Assembly (NCBI GenBank): GCA_964016885.1
Contig: OZ024740.1
Coordinates: 396,924,001-396,988,000 of the forward strand
Origin: Eledone cirrhosa
Taxonomy: Eukaryota
Length of the DNA: 64,000 nt
Direction: 5' to 3'
Shown here: piece by piece, positions 38,690-50,800 of the stretch
Position numbering within the stretch: position 1 is the stretch's first letter
Layout: every line of letters begins with the position of its first letter
The notes under the pieces: model-generated
The model's input: only the letters and a program-made list of their open reading frames with translations
What the model was told of the DNA's origin: nothing
Database searches by the model: none
Translations under genes and position numbers: made by a program

Positions 38690-39103
38690 GTGATCTATGA
38701 CACAACAAAAGCACCTAGTCCAACAGTAGAGTGGTCATGGTAGAGACACAACAATAAATGCCCAATTCACCTTGTAAAGTGGTCATAATGGTGACACAAC
38801 AAAATGTACCCAGCCCAACCTTGACACATGATAGAGACATGATAAAAAGCACCCAGCCCAACCTAAGTAACACAACAAAAAGTGCCTAATCCACACTGTA
38901 GAGTGGTCATTTTTGGTGCCATAACAAAATGTGGCCAGTCCACACTGTAAATGTGGTTGGCATTAAGAAGGGCATCCTACTATAGAATACAAGTCAGAAA
39001 CAATTCTGTATGTGTAAGACATAGGCATCTGATCTGACTTGTCCCACAATGGGACGACTTGTCGAACCCATGCTAGCATGAAGTTAAATGATGATGATAA
39101 TGA
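38690..39103 (+). mobile_element. RTE-tail-type element with expanded ~46-bp internal repeat
   Basis: About 6 copies of aaaagcacccagtccacactgta..gtggtcat..gtg.cacaa before tggttggcattaagaagggcatcc and (ATG)n. Confidence 0.7.
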
Positions 39104-39374
39104 TATATATATATTTTTGTGTGTGTATATAACTTTCAGTTACTGGTAGTTCATCAGTTTGAGAATTCAATGCTCTTACGTGGATCTAATTGTCAATGTA
39201 GGATTCACTGTTTGTGCTGTCATCAGTTTTGGTACCCATAACAAGCAGAGCGTTAATAATAAGTAAATGGGAATGAAGTATCAGTTTAGCATCATATATA
39301 TATTTTATTCACTTGTGGTACATGTTTTTGAATTGATCAGCTCAAGGTATGATTTGTCATGATGAAGATATTAT

Positions 39375-39657
39375 TGGTGCCATAATGAAAAGCACCCAGT
39401 CCACTCTATGGAGTGGTAGTGATGGTGCCACAAGAAAAGCACCAAGTTCACTCAGTAAAGTATTAGAGATGGTGCTATAAGAAAAGCTTCCAGTACACAC
39501 TTTAATGTGGTTAATGTTAGGAAGGATATACAGCCATAGAAAACCATACCCCAAGCAGATCTGTATAAGCAAGACATGGTTACCTGTCCTGGCTAGCCTC
39601 ATAATGCCTCTAACCCATACAAGCATGGACAATTGATGTTAAACAGTGATGATGATG
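39375..39657 (+). mobile_element. RTE-tail-type fragment with 3 internal repeats
   Basis: Same unit and tail as 38690-39103. Confidence 0.65.
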
Positions 39658-42489
39658 TACACTTACATACATTTTCCTCCCCTTAATATTATATATAACA
39701 TCTATTTCACTATATTATATGTGTGACATATTAAAATGATTGCTGTAAAAGAGTGGACTATCTGTATTGATGTTTATTGACCTTTAATTTGTCTAAGAAG
39801 CTTAATATCTCTTCATTTTATTTGCATATTAGACAAGATTATTTATCATAGTTCAGTTTTCTTTTGATTGATGTCTCTTAAGAAGACTCTTATTACTCTT
39901 AACAGTAGTTACAGTGAGAAAACTCAAATAAAACTGACCACCTATACACCAGTTGCCAGTATCATAACATTGGTAAATGTCTATAAGATTTAACAGACTC
40001 ATTACGATACCCTTTCTAAAAGGAGTCTTATAAGCACAAATTCTACATGACAATCTGCCTCATACAAGCTGGAGTAAAGAAATAGAGGTTTTCCCTTTAT
40101 CAATAGATAAGTTGTGACTTACTTGTATTGCTTACAATCTCAATAGTTTTATGTATGACATACTTCACTAGTAACAGTCTGAACCTATGATCACTTCGTA
40201 TTAAAAAACTTCCCTTTGACTACAACCATTATTATATATTACTTACACAGAACAATGTAATGGGAAAGTAAAATCCACAAGTAAATCTAAAGTTCAATTG
40301 CTTAAAACTCGTGTTTTAACCCCACATACATGAAAGGAGAAAGGAGGTGCAGAATTTGTAAGGTTTCGGCTAAATAACCAAACTCTGCTTGCTTCAAATT
40401 ATCTGACTGATCATGCTTTTTACTCCAACCTACAAATCATCATTAATCTTAATAGTCTGAAAAGATACTGTAAAGCTTCTCTCTTAACTATCTTATTTAA
40501 AAAATGATAAGAAAGCTCCTCCCAAGAGTTGACTGATTGATGATTGACAGGTCATTTGGATAATCCAACTAAAACTAAACTCACCATAAAATAAAAAAAA
40601 CAGAAAATATGGGAATGTGAAGTAGACAAAAAATATGATAATATTGAAATATATACCCCTTACTAATGCTTCGATTCAACCTAAGGATATTTGAAGTCAA
40701 AGTGTCTATGTGAGAAATAAATTGAAATGTCAGAATCAATTGATTGAAACTGTTCAATACATAATATAACATGTTATCCCCACTAGCACTACTACCGTGA
40801 TCAAAATGATTATTATGATTATCATATATTTAGCCTATATTTTTCTAAATTGGACAGAGCTGCATTGCAGCCTTTTACCATATGTCTAGAATCTGCATCA
40901 TTACACATAAGAGAGCCAACATTTTGAAAAGAGCCAAAAATCTGCAAGGAATAGCAACCAAACTTCCCTCAAACCATACCCTACCATCTTAGAAAAAAAC
41001 AAGGCAAGATGTATTGGGTAATATCATATACTGAGCATGAAAAAAAAAATTATTATCATAGGTCTCCTGAATCAGAGATGTCCAGAACAACATATCTCCA
41101 AAACATTCCTTAGGTTAACTCTCTACCTTAAGTATCTTCCACCAAGTCAAAGCAATTGTACTCCTAGTATATATTATCAATTTAGATTATATATCCAAAC
41201 CAGCACAGCTGTATCTACAATATATATCTACCAATATTGAGGATGCTTGGCTGCTTTCTCAAGTCACTTTCATTCAGCCTTTCTCATAATTTAATATTGC
41301 ACACAACCAATAGAATAGATCAATTCAGAAAATTCATGTTAATGTATTTTTTTTTGTCAGAATCTATTATGTTTCCTGTCAAAATGAAAACTGTTGAAGA
41401 AGTTAAGGAATATTTGACATATTTATTGATTTCTCACTGTTTAACACTGCATTATTGATTAATTTGCTATTGATGAAACAGTTTCTCTTTCAGTTACAGG
41501 CATTTAAATAAGAGAAAATCACTAGAAGAATATGAAGTTTTACAGTGATAGTGTTTATTTGGATGCTAAAAGTCACTATTGTTGCATTCGCCTGGATAAC
41601 TGAAAGAAAGAGCCTCAAAGTCAAATACTTTACCATTCAAATTCAGTTCATCAATTGATAATTAAACTAATTACAATTAGACTAATTAAATTTAGAAAAT
41701 TGAAAAATAGGTAATTTGGTACCCATACCCTTTCTAAAAGCATAAGTAAATGGTCACATGGAAATTACCACAATGATAAGCTAATAATCATGCCAAGCAA
41801 AAGATAGTATTTTTGATGTTCTTGTTTAGTCTTAGATAAGCAGACCTATGCTCAATTATGATCACCTTATATTTCTCTTTAGCATTGTTTATCAGACTAT
41901 ATTATTCAATGTGTCCCTCCCTTTCAACACCATAGAGAATAATTTGAGAGAGATTTGGATGTTATTTCTAGCAGATCAACCGACCATGTAGAGGCTCTCT
42001 CATTAGCTTAAAAGTATTTTTGTTTGTTACTTAGGTAGTATATATTGTGCCAATAAATATATTTCATACTTAATCTTTTACAGATACTTCAGATTTGATA
42101 ACCATTCTTTCACTTTTTATATTGAAGTACAAATAAGCAATATCAAAGAAAAAATACATATGATCCCCTTGAAACAATTTACTTACTTATTCCAGTATAC
42201 AAAACAGAAATGCATTCTAAACCAAAAGTGCAATCAACACATGTTTACTGTAAACCATACAATTAAACAACAACAAGAAGAAACATTCCTGTGTGAAAAT
42301 TATCACTCATCAAAGACCTTTCTGAAGTTAAATAATCAAGCATATTCCACTCAAAAAAAGAGATTTACTTCCTTCTTTCATGGTTCTGATAAAAGTACCA
42401 GATTGGTGACCACCAAAAAGCACTGCAATATGGCTAGACACAACAAAGGCAATTTTACTACACCATCCTTTATGCAAGTTAACAAAGAA

Positions 42490-43030
42490 TGTGTTTAGGC
42501 CTTAGGTAGAGTGTATTGCTCGAAAAATATATTGCAGTCTCCATCTCATGTTGTAAAAACTGGTGATGGGCCAGCAACCTGTCCTGGTGTAGGATGGACA
42601 TAAAAAAGATTGTATATCCCCCAAATAATTGGAACCTGGAACATTACAATCCTTACAGGTAAGAAGCAAGAACTAGAGGTGGAGGCTAGATGCTACTGGC
42701 TAGATATAGTCAAGGTTTCCCCAACAAAGTTCTGTGGCTCTGGTACTGTAGATTTGGATGGAAGATGGAAACTCTACTATTCAGGAGTGGCACCAGAAAT
42801 TACTGCAGGAGTGACGATACATACAAGCCCCTGGCTGTCAGAATGTGTTATGGATTGAATCCCATTAGGAGGGAGGATTTACCTCTTGAAGCTTAGGGTG
42901 AAAGATAGGTTTCTGTGGGTGGTGTAAGTTTATGTACCAAACAAGGAGTCTGAATACAGATCCTTCCTTGATGAAGTCACTGCATCTTAAATATAGTTAA
43001 GATCTCCCTAATGGGAGACTTCAATGTACA
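42490..43030 (+). mobile_element. RTE-clade LINE 5' fragment (APE endonuclease)
   Basis: IGTWNITILTGK..ELEVE..LDIV..WKLYYSG..AGV, VYVPN, MGDFNVH with stops. Confidence 0.75.
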
Positions 43031-43971
43031 TGAAGCTCTATAAGGAACAAATTCCTCTTCTAGCTCACAGTTTCGTGAAATAGAAGCTTACAAGAAAGAA
43101 TTAATATCAGTAAAACATGTATTTTACTAACAAAAAATACAGATTTACACAAGAACATATCAAATAAGATATATTGTCTAGATTGGAGAATTAATGTTAT
43201 CAAACTAAGTCTTTACCAATATACATTTCATTCTATCTACCAATCTTTTTTCCTGTTTAGCTATCACACACACACACAAATACACTATCTCACACTCATG
43301 TATACATATCAGGGATGTGACATCATATTCAAGGTAAGCAGTAGGCATAATATGGTGAATTGTCAACAAATGTTTTTTATCATTATGAGACAATATCTAA
43401 ATATATTTTGACTCTAGATATTTACTTACACACACACACCCACATGAACTCATATGCATACACATATACATAACTATATTTACATATATCAGAATAAAAA
43501 GAAGTGGAGTCGGTTGTACTGACATATGCATGTAAACTAACATAAACGCGATTATGTATAGAACATCGTAGATAATCATATTTGTATAGTTGTATTAACA
43601 TACAAACACAATACAATTTCTTTTACTATTTTACTGGGTTCAGTAATTGTACTACAGTCATGCTGGGACACTGCTTTCATATTATTTTAAGTTTGATACT
43701 TATTTCATCGATCTTAATTTGTCAAACTGTTAAGTTACAGGCGATAAATAAATACTACAGACTTTAAGCTGTGATGAACACAAACATGGGCAGAGATATA
43801 CATACATACATCCAAGCCAAAATCAGTTCTGTGTGAGCAAAACCAGGTCCTCTGGCCTGGATGTCTCAATGGAACAGCATGCTTGTATGGAAAATGGACA
43901 TTAAACAATGATGATGATGATAATGATACATACATACATACACACATGTATACATATATAAACTCATATTA

Positions 43972-44055
43972 GCACCTGAAGAAAGGTCGCTATTTTGATG
44001 TCTCTTATTTTCTGAAGATATAGTAAAATTTGAACCTTGAAACTTTGGGTAGCAT
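43972..44055 (+). ncRNA. Degenerate hammerhead candidate in a short (TA)n-bounded segment
   Basis: CTGAAGA(43976)-aaggt...acctt-GAAA(44039)-c tttgg g-TA. Stem II closes with 5 bp; stem I is mismatched. Confidence 0.4.
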
Positions 44056-44085
44056 CTTTGTTCTGTGTATGAACATTAATATATA

Positions 44086-44122
<37 letters not shown>

Positions 44123-44282
44123 CAGATTTCATTTATGAAATGCTCACTCATAAGGCATTAGTCACTCTGAAGCTATAGTAGGAGTATGTCTAATGATATA
44201 CGGTAGTTTTGATGCCTATGTACATGGGTTGATTAACCTCAATTACATATGGAGCTGTTGGCTGGTTTAGCCTGAAAATAGA

Positions 44283-44564
44283 ATTAAAGTTTTCACTCTG
44301 ACATAGCTGTACACATATATATATATGTATTTTGTATATCTAATGGTATATGGTATGTTTACATATAAACATTTGAAAGCCTTTCACTATGAATTTTGGA
44401 AGCTAATGGCTAGCGCCATCTAGTGGATTGGCGTTAGCCATCAGCTTCCAAAATTCATAGCGAAAGGCTTTCAAATGTTTATTTGTAAACATACCATATA
44501 TCATTAGATATACAAAATACACATACTTATATGTATACAGCTATGTTAGAGTGAAAACTTTAAT
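44283..44564. repeat. Long inverted repeat (136-bp arms, 10-nt loop)
   Basis: 44283-44418 vs 44429-44564, ending in (TA)n. Confidence 0.95.
44412..44426 (-). promoter_or_regulatory. CTCF consensus motif
   Basis: AGCGCCATCTAGTGG is the reverse complement of CCACTAGATGGCGCT, matching the core CCACYAGRKGGCRC. Confidence 0.5.
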
Positions 44565-44840
44565 ATATATATATATCTTGTAAGTATGTTAGCTTATTGT
44601 AAATTATTAAAATGCAGGTTTATGAGATAGTTGAACATGTGGAGTAGAGAAGCCCTTAGAAATGAAATGTGAACAGAGTCGCCTGTGGGAATCAAACTCT
44701 GCCATATGCTGAATAGTTCTGTTACCATTACACAAAGTGAAACTGACCATTGAGCCATCATTTTTAAACCTTTATCAGCCAAGTGAACAATCATTTTACA
44801 AAGTGTTGAACGAATCTGAATTTTGAATGTATGTTAGCTG

Positions 44841-47800
44841 CAGCAATCCAGCATGCAGCCATCCAGCATCCAGCATGCAGCCATCCAGCATCCAGCCATC
44901 CAGCATACAGCCATCCAGCATACAGCCATCCAGCATACAGCCATCCAGCATCCAGCATGCAGCCATCCAGCATCCAGCATACAGCCATCCAGCATACAGC
45001 CATCCAGCATACAGCCATCCAGCATCCAGCATGCAGCCATCCAGCCATCCAGCATACAGCCATCCAGCATACATCCATCCAGCATACAGCCATCCAGCAT
45101 CCAGCCATCCAGCATACAGCCATTCAGCATACAGCCATCCAGCATACAGCCATCCAGCATACAGCCATCCAGCATACAGCCATCCAGCATACAGCCATCC
45201 AGCATACAGCCATTCAGCATACAGCCATCCAGCATACAGCCATACAGCATACATCCATCCAGCATACAGCCATCCAGCATCCAGCCATCCAGCATACAGC
45301 CATTCAGCATACAGCCATCCAGCATACATCCATCCAGCATACAGCCATCCAGCATACAGCCATCCAGCATACATCCATCCAGCATACAGCCATCCAGCAT
45401 CCAGCCATCCAGCATACAGCCATTCAGCATACAGCCATCCAGCATACAGCCATCCAGCATACAGCCATCCAGCATACAGCCATCCAGCATACAGCCATCC
45501 AGCATACAGCCATCCAGCATCCAGCATACAGCCATCCAGCATACAGCCATCCAGCATCCAGCATACAGCCATCCAGCATACAGCATGCAGCCTTCCAGCA
45601 TCCAGCATACAGCCATCCAGCATCCAGCATACAGCCATCCAGCATACAGCCATCCAGCATACAGCATACAGCCATCCAGCATGCAGCCATCCAGCATGCA
45701 GCCATCCAGCATGCAGCCATCCAGCATACAGCCATCCAGCATACAGCATACAGCCATCCAGCATGCAGCCATCCAGCATGCAGCCATCCAGCATACAGCC
45801 ATCCAGCCATCCAGCATACAGCCATCCAGCATACAGCCATCCAGCATACAGCCATCCAGCATACAGCCATCCAGCCATCCAGCATACAGCCATCCAGCAT
45901 ACAGCCATCCAGCATACAGCCATCCAGCCATCCAGCATACAGCCATCCAGCATGCAGCCATCCAGCATACAGCATACAGCCATCCAGCATACAGCCATCC
46001 AGCATGCAGCCATCCAGCATACAGCCATCCAGCATACAGCCATCCAGCATACAGCCATCCAGCATACAGCCATCCAGCATGCAGCCATCCAGCATACAGC
46101 CATCCAGCATACAGCCATCCAGCATACAGCCATCCAGCATACAGCCATCCAGCATGCAGCCATCCAGCATACAGCCATCCAGCATACAGCCATCCAGCAT
46201 ACAGCCATCCAGCATGCAGCCATCCAGCATACAGCCATCCAGCATACAGCCATCCAGCATGCAGCCATCCAGCATGCAGCCATCCAGCATACAGCCATCC
46301 AGCATACAGCCATCCAGCATACAGCCATCCAGCATACAGCCATCCAGCATACAGCCATCCAGCATGCAGCCATCCAGCATACAGCCATCCAGCATGCAGC
46401 CATCCAGCATACAGCCATCCAGCATACAGCCATCCAGCATACAGCCATCCAGCATACAGCCATCCAGCATACAGCCATCCAGCATGCAGCCATCCAGCAT
46501 ACAGCCATCCAGCATACAGCCATCCAGCATACAGCCATCCAGCATACAGCCATCCAGCATACAGCCATCCAGCATGCAGCCATCCAGCATACAGCCATCC
46601 AGCATACAGCCATCCAGCATACAGCCATCCAGCATACAGCCATCCAGCATACAGCCATCCAGCATACAGCCATCCAGCATGCAGCCATCCAGCATACAGC
46701 CATCCAGCATACAGCCATCCAGCATACAGCCATCCAGCATGCAGCCATCCAGAATACAGCCATCCAGCATACAGCCATCCAGCCATCCAGCATACAGCCA
46801 TCCAGCATACAGCATACAGCCATCCAGCATACAGCATACAGCCATCCAGCCATCCAGCATACAGCCATCCAGCATGCAGCCATCCAGCATACAGCCATCC
46901 AGCATGCAGCCATCCAGCATACAGCCATCCAGCATACAGCCATACAGCCATCCAGCCATCCAGCATACAGCCATCCAGCCATCCAGCATACAGCCATCCA
47001 GCATACAGCCATCCAGCCATCCAGCATACAGCCATCCAGCATACAGCCATCCAGCCATCCAGCATACAGCCATCCAGCATACAGCCATCCAGCCATCCAG
47101 CATGCAGCCATCCAGCATACAGCCATCCAGCATGCAGCCATCCAGCATACAGCCATCCAGCATACAGCCATACAGCCATCCAGCCATCCAGCATACAGCC
47201 ATCCAGCCATCCAGCATACAGCCATCCAGCATACAGTCATCCAGCCATCCAGCATACAGCCATCCAGCATACAGCCATCCAGCATACAGCCATCCAGCCA
47301 TCCAGCATGCAGCCATCCAGCATACAGCCATCCAGCATACAGCCATCCAGCCATCCAGCATGCAGCCATCCAGCATGCAGCCATCCAGCATACAGCCATC
47401 CAGCATACAGCCATCCAGCCATCCAGCATGCAGCCATCCAGCATACAGCCATCCAGCATACAGCCATCCAGCATACAGCCATCCAGCCATCCAGCATACA
47501 GCCATCCAGCATACAGCCATCCAGCATACAGCCATCCAGCATACAGCCATCCAGCCATCCAGCATGCAGCCATCCAGCATACAGCCATCCAGCATACAGC
47601 CATCCAGCATGCAGCCATCCAGCATACAGCCATCCAGCATACAGCCATCCAGCATACAGCCATCCAGCCATCCAGCATACAGCCATCCAGCCATCCAGCA
47701 TACAGCCATCCAGCATACAGCCATCGAGCATACAGCCATACAGCCATACAGCCATCCAGCATACAGCCATCCAGCATACAGCCATCCAGCATACAGCCAT

Positions 47801-50800
47801 CCAGCATACAGCCATCCAGCCATCCAGCATGCAGCCATCCAGCATACAGCCATCCAGCATACAGCCATCCAGCATACAGCCATCCAGCCATCCAGCATGC
47901 AGCCATCCAGCATGCAGCCATCCAGCATACAGCCATCCAGCATACAGCCATCCAGCCATCCAGCATGCAGCCATCCAGCATACAGCCATCCAGCATACAG
48001 CCATCCAGCATACAGCCATCCAGCATACAGCCATCCAGCCATCCAGCATGCAGCCATCCAGCATACAGCCATCCAGCATACAGCCATCCAGCATACAGCC
48101 ATCCAGCATACAGCCATCCAGCATACAGCCATCCAGCATACAGCCATCCAGCATACAGCCATCCAGCATACAGCCATTCAGCATGCAGCCATTCAGCATG
48201 CAGCCATCCAGCATACAGCCATCCAGCCATCCAGCATACAGCCATCCAGCATACAGCCATCCAGCATACAGCCATCCAGCATACAGCCATCCAGCCATCC
48301 AGCATACAGCCATCCAGCCATACAGCCATCCAGCATACAGCCATCCAGCCATCCAGCATGCAGCCATCCAGCATACAGCCATCCAGCATACAGCCATCCA
48401 GCCATCCAGCATACAGCCATCCAGCATACAGCCATCCAGCATACAGCCATCCAGCCATCCAGCATACAGCCATCCAGCATACAGCCATCCAGCATACAGC
48501 CATCCAGCATACAGCCATCCAGCCATCCAGCATACAGCCATCCAGCATACAGCCATCCAGCATACAACCATCCAGCATACAGCCATCCAGCATGCAGCAT
48601 ACAGCCATCCAGCATACAGCCATCCAGCCATCCAGCATACAGCCATCCAGCATACAGCCATCCAGCATACAGCCATCCAGCATACAGCCATCCAGCCATC
48701 CAGCATACAGCCATCCAGCATACAGCCATCCAGCCATCCAGCATGCAGCCATCCAGCATACAGCCATCCAGCATACAGCCATCCAGCCATCCAGCATGCA
48801 GCCATCCAGCATACAGCCATCCAGCCATCCAGCATACAGCCATCCAGCATACAGCCATCCAGCCATCCAGCATGCAGCCATCCAGCATACAGCCATCCAG
48901 CATACAGCCATCCAGCCATCCAGCATACAGCCATCCAGCATACAGCCATCCAGCATACAGCCATCCAGCATACAGCCATCCAGCCAACCAGCATACAGCC
49001 ATCCAGCATACAGCCATCCAGCATACAGCCATCCAGCATACAGCCATCCAGCCATCCAGCATGCAGCCATCCAGCATACAGCCATCCAGCCATCCAGCAT
49101 ACAGCCATCCAGCATACAGCCATCCAGCATACAGCCATCCAGCATACAGCCATCCAGCCATCCAGCATGCAGCCATCCAGCATACAGCCATCCAGCATGC
49201 AGCCATCCAGCCATCCAGCATACAGCCATCCAGCATACAGCCATCCAGCATACAGCCATCCAGCATGCAGCCATCCAGCATGCAGCCATCCAGCATACAG
49301 CCATCCAGCATACAGCCATCCAGCATACAGCCATCCAGCATACAGCCATCCAGCATACAGCCATCCAGCATGCAGCCAACCAGCCATCCAGCCAACCAGC
49401 CATCCAGCATACAGCCATCCAGCATACAGCCATCCAGCATACAGCCATCCAGCATACAGCCATCCAGCATACAGCCATCCAGCATGCAGCCATCCAGCCA
49501 TCCAGCATACAGCCATCCAGCATACAGCCATCCAGCATACAGCCATCCAGCCATCCAGCATACAGCCATCCAGCATACAGCCATCCAGCATACAGCCATC
49601 CAGCATACAGCCATCCAGCATGCAGCCATCCAGCCATCCAGCATACAGCCATCCAGCATACAGCCATCCAGCATACAGCCATCCAGCATACAGCCATCCA
49701 GCATACAGCATACAGCCATCCAGCATACAGCATACAGCCATCCAGCATGCAGCATACAGCCATCCAGCATACAGCCATCCAGCATACAGCATACAGCCAT
49801 CCAGCATACAGCATACAGCCATCCAGCATACAGCATACAGCCATCCAGCATACAGCCATCCAGCATACAGCCATCCAGCATACAGCATACAGCCATCCAG
49901 CATACAGCATACAGCCATCCAGCATACAGCCATCCAGCATACAGCCATACAGCATCCAGCCATCCAGCATACAGCCATCCAGCATACAGCCATCCATCAT
50001 GCAGCCATCCAGCATCCAGCCATCCAGCATACAGCCATCCAGCATACAGCCATCCAGCATCCAGCCATCCAGCATACAGCCATCCAGCATACAGCATACA
50101 GCCATCCAGCATACAGCCATCCAGCATACAGCATACAGCCATCCAGCATGCAGCATCCAGCCATACAACATACAGCCATCCAGCATACAGCCATCCAGCA
50201 TACAGCCATCCAGCATCCAGCCATCCAGCATGCAGCCATCCAGCATACAGCATACAGCCATCCAGCATACAGCATACAGCCATCCAGCATACAGCCATCC
50301 AGCATACAGCCATACAGCATCCAGCCATCCAGCATACAGCCATCCAGCATACAGCCATCCAGCCATCCAGCATACAGCCATCCAGCATACAGCCATCCAG
50401 CATACAGCCATCCAGCATACAGCCATCCAGCATACAGCCATCCAGCATACAGCGATACAGCCATCCAGCATACAGCCATCCAGCATACAGCCATCCAGCA
50501 TACAGCCATCCAGCATACAGCCATCCAGCATACAGCCATTCAGCATACAGCCATCCAGCATACAGCCATACAGCATACAGCCATCCAGCATACAGCCATC
50601 CAGCATACAGCCATCCAGCATACAGCCATCCAGCATACAGCGATACAGCCATCCAGCATACAGCCATCCAGCATACAGCCATCCAGCATACAGCCATCCA
50701 GCATACAGCCATCCAGCATACAGCCATTCAGCATACAGCCATCCAGCATACAGCCATACAGCATACAGCCATCCAGCATACAGCCATCCAGCATACAGCC

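Noticed and set aside
39853-40053. CRICAYKT zinc-finger-like ORF
   Set aside because: No His pair at the right spacing and no consistent splice sites.
44268-44312. CTGAAAA...GACA-tagctg-TA as a hammerhead
   Set aside because: Both core boxes are mutated; at best a dead relic.
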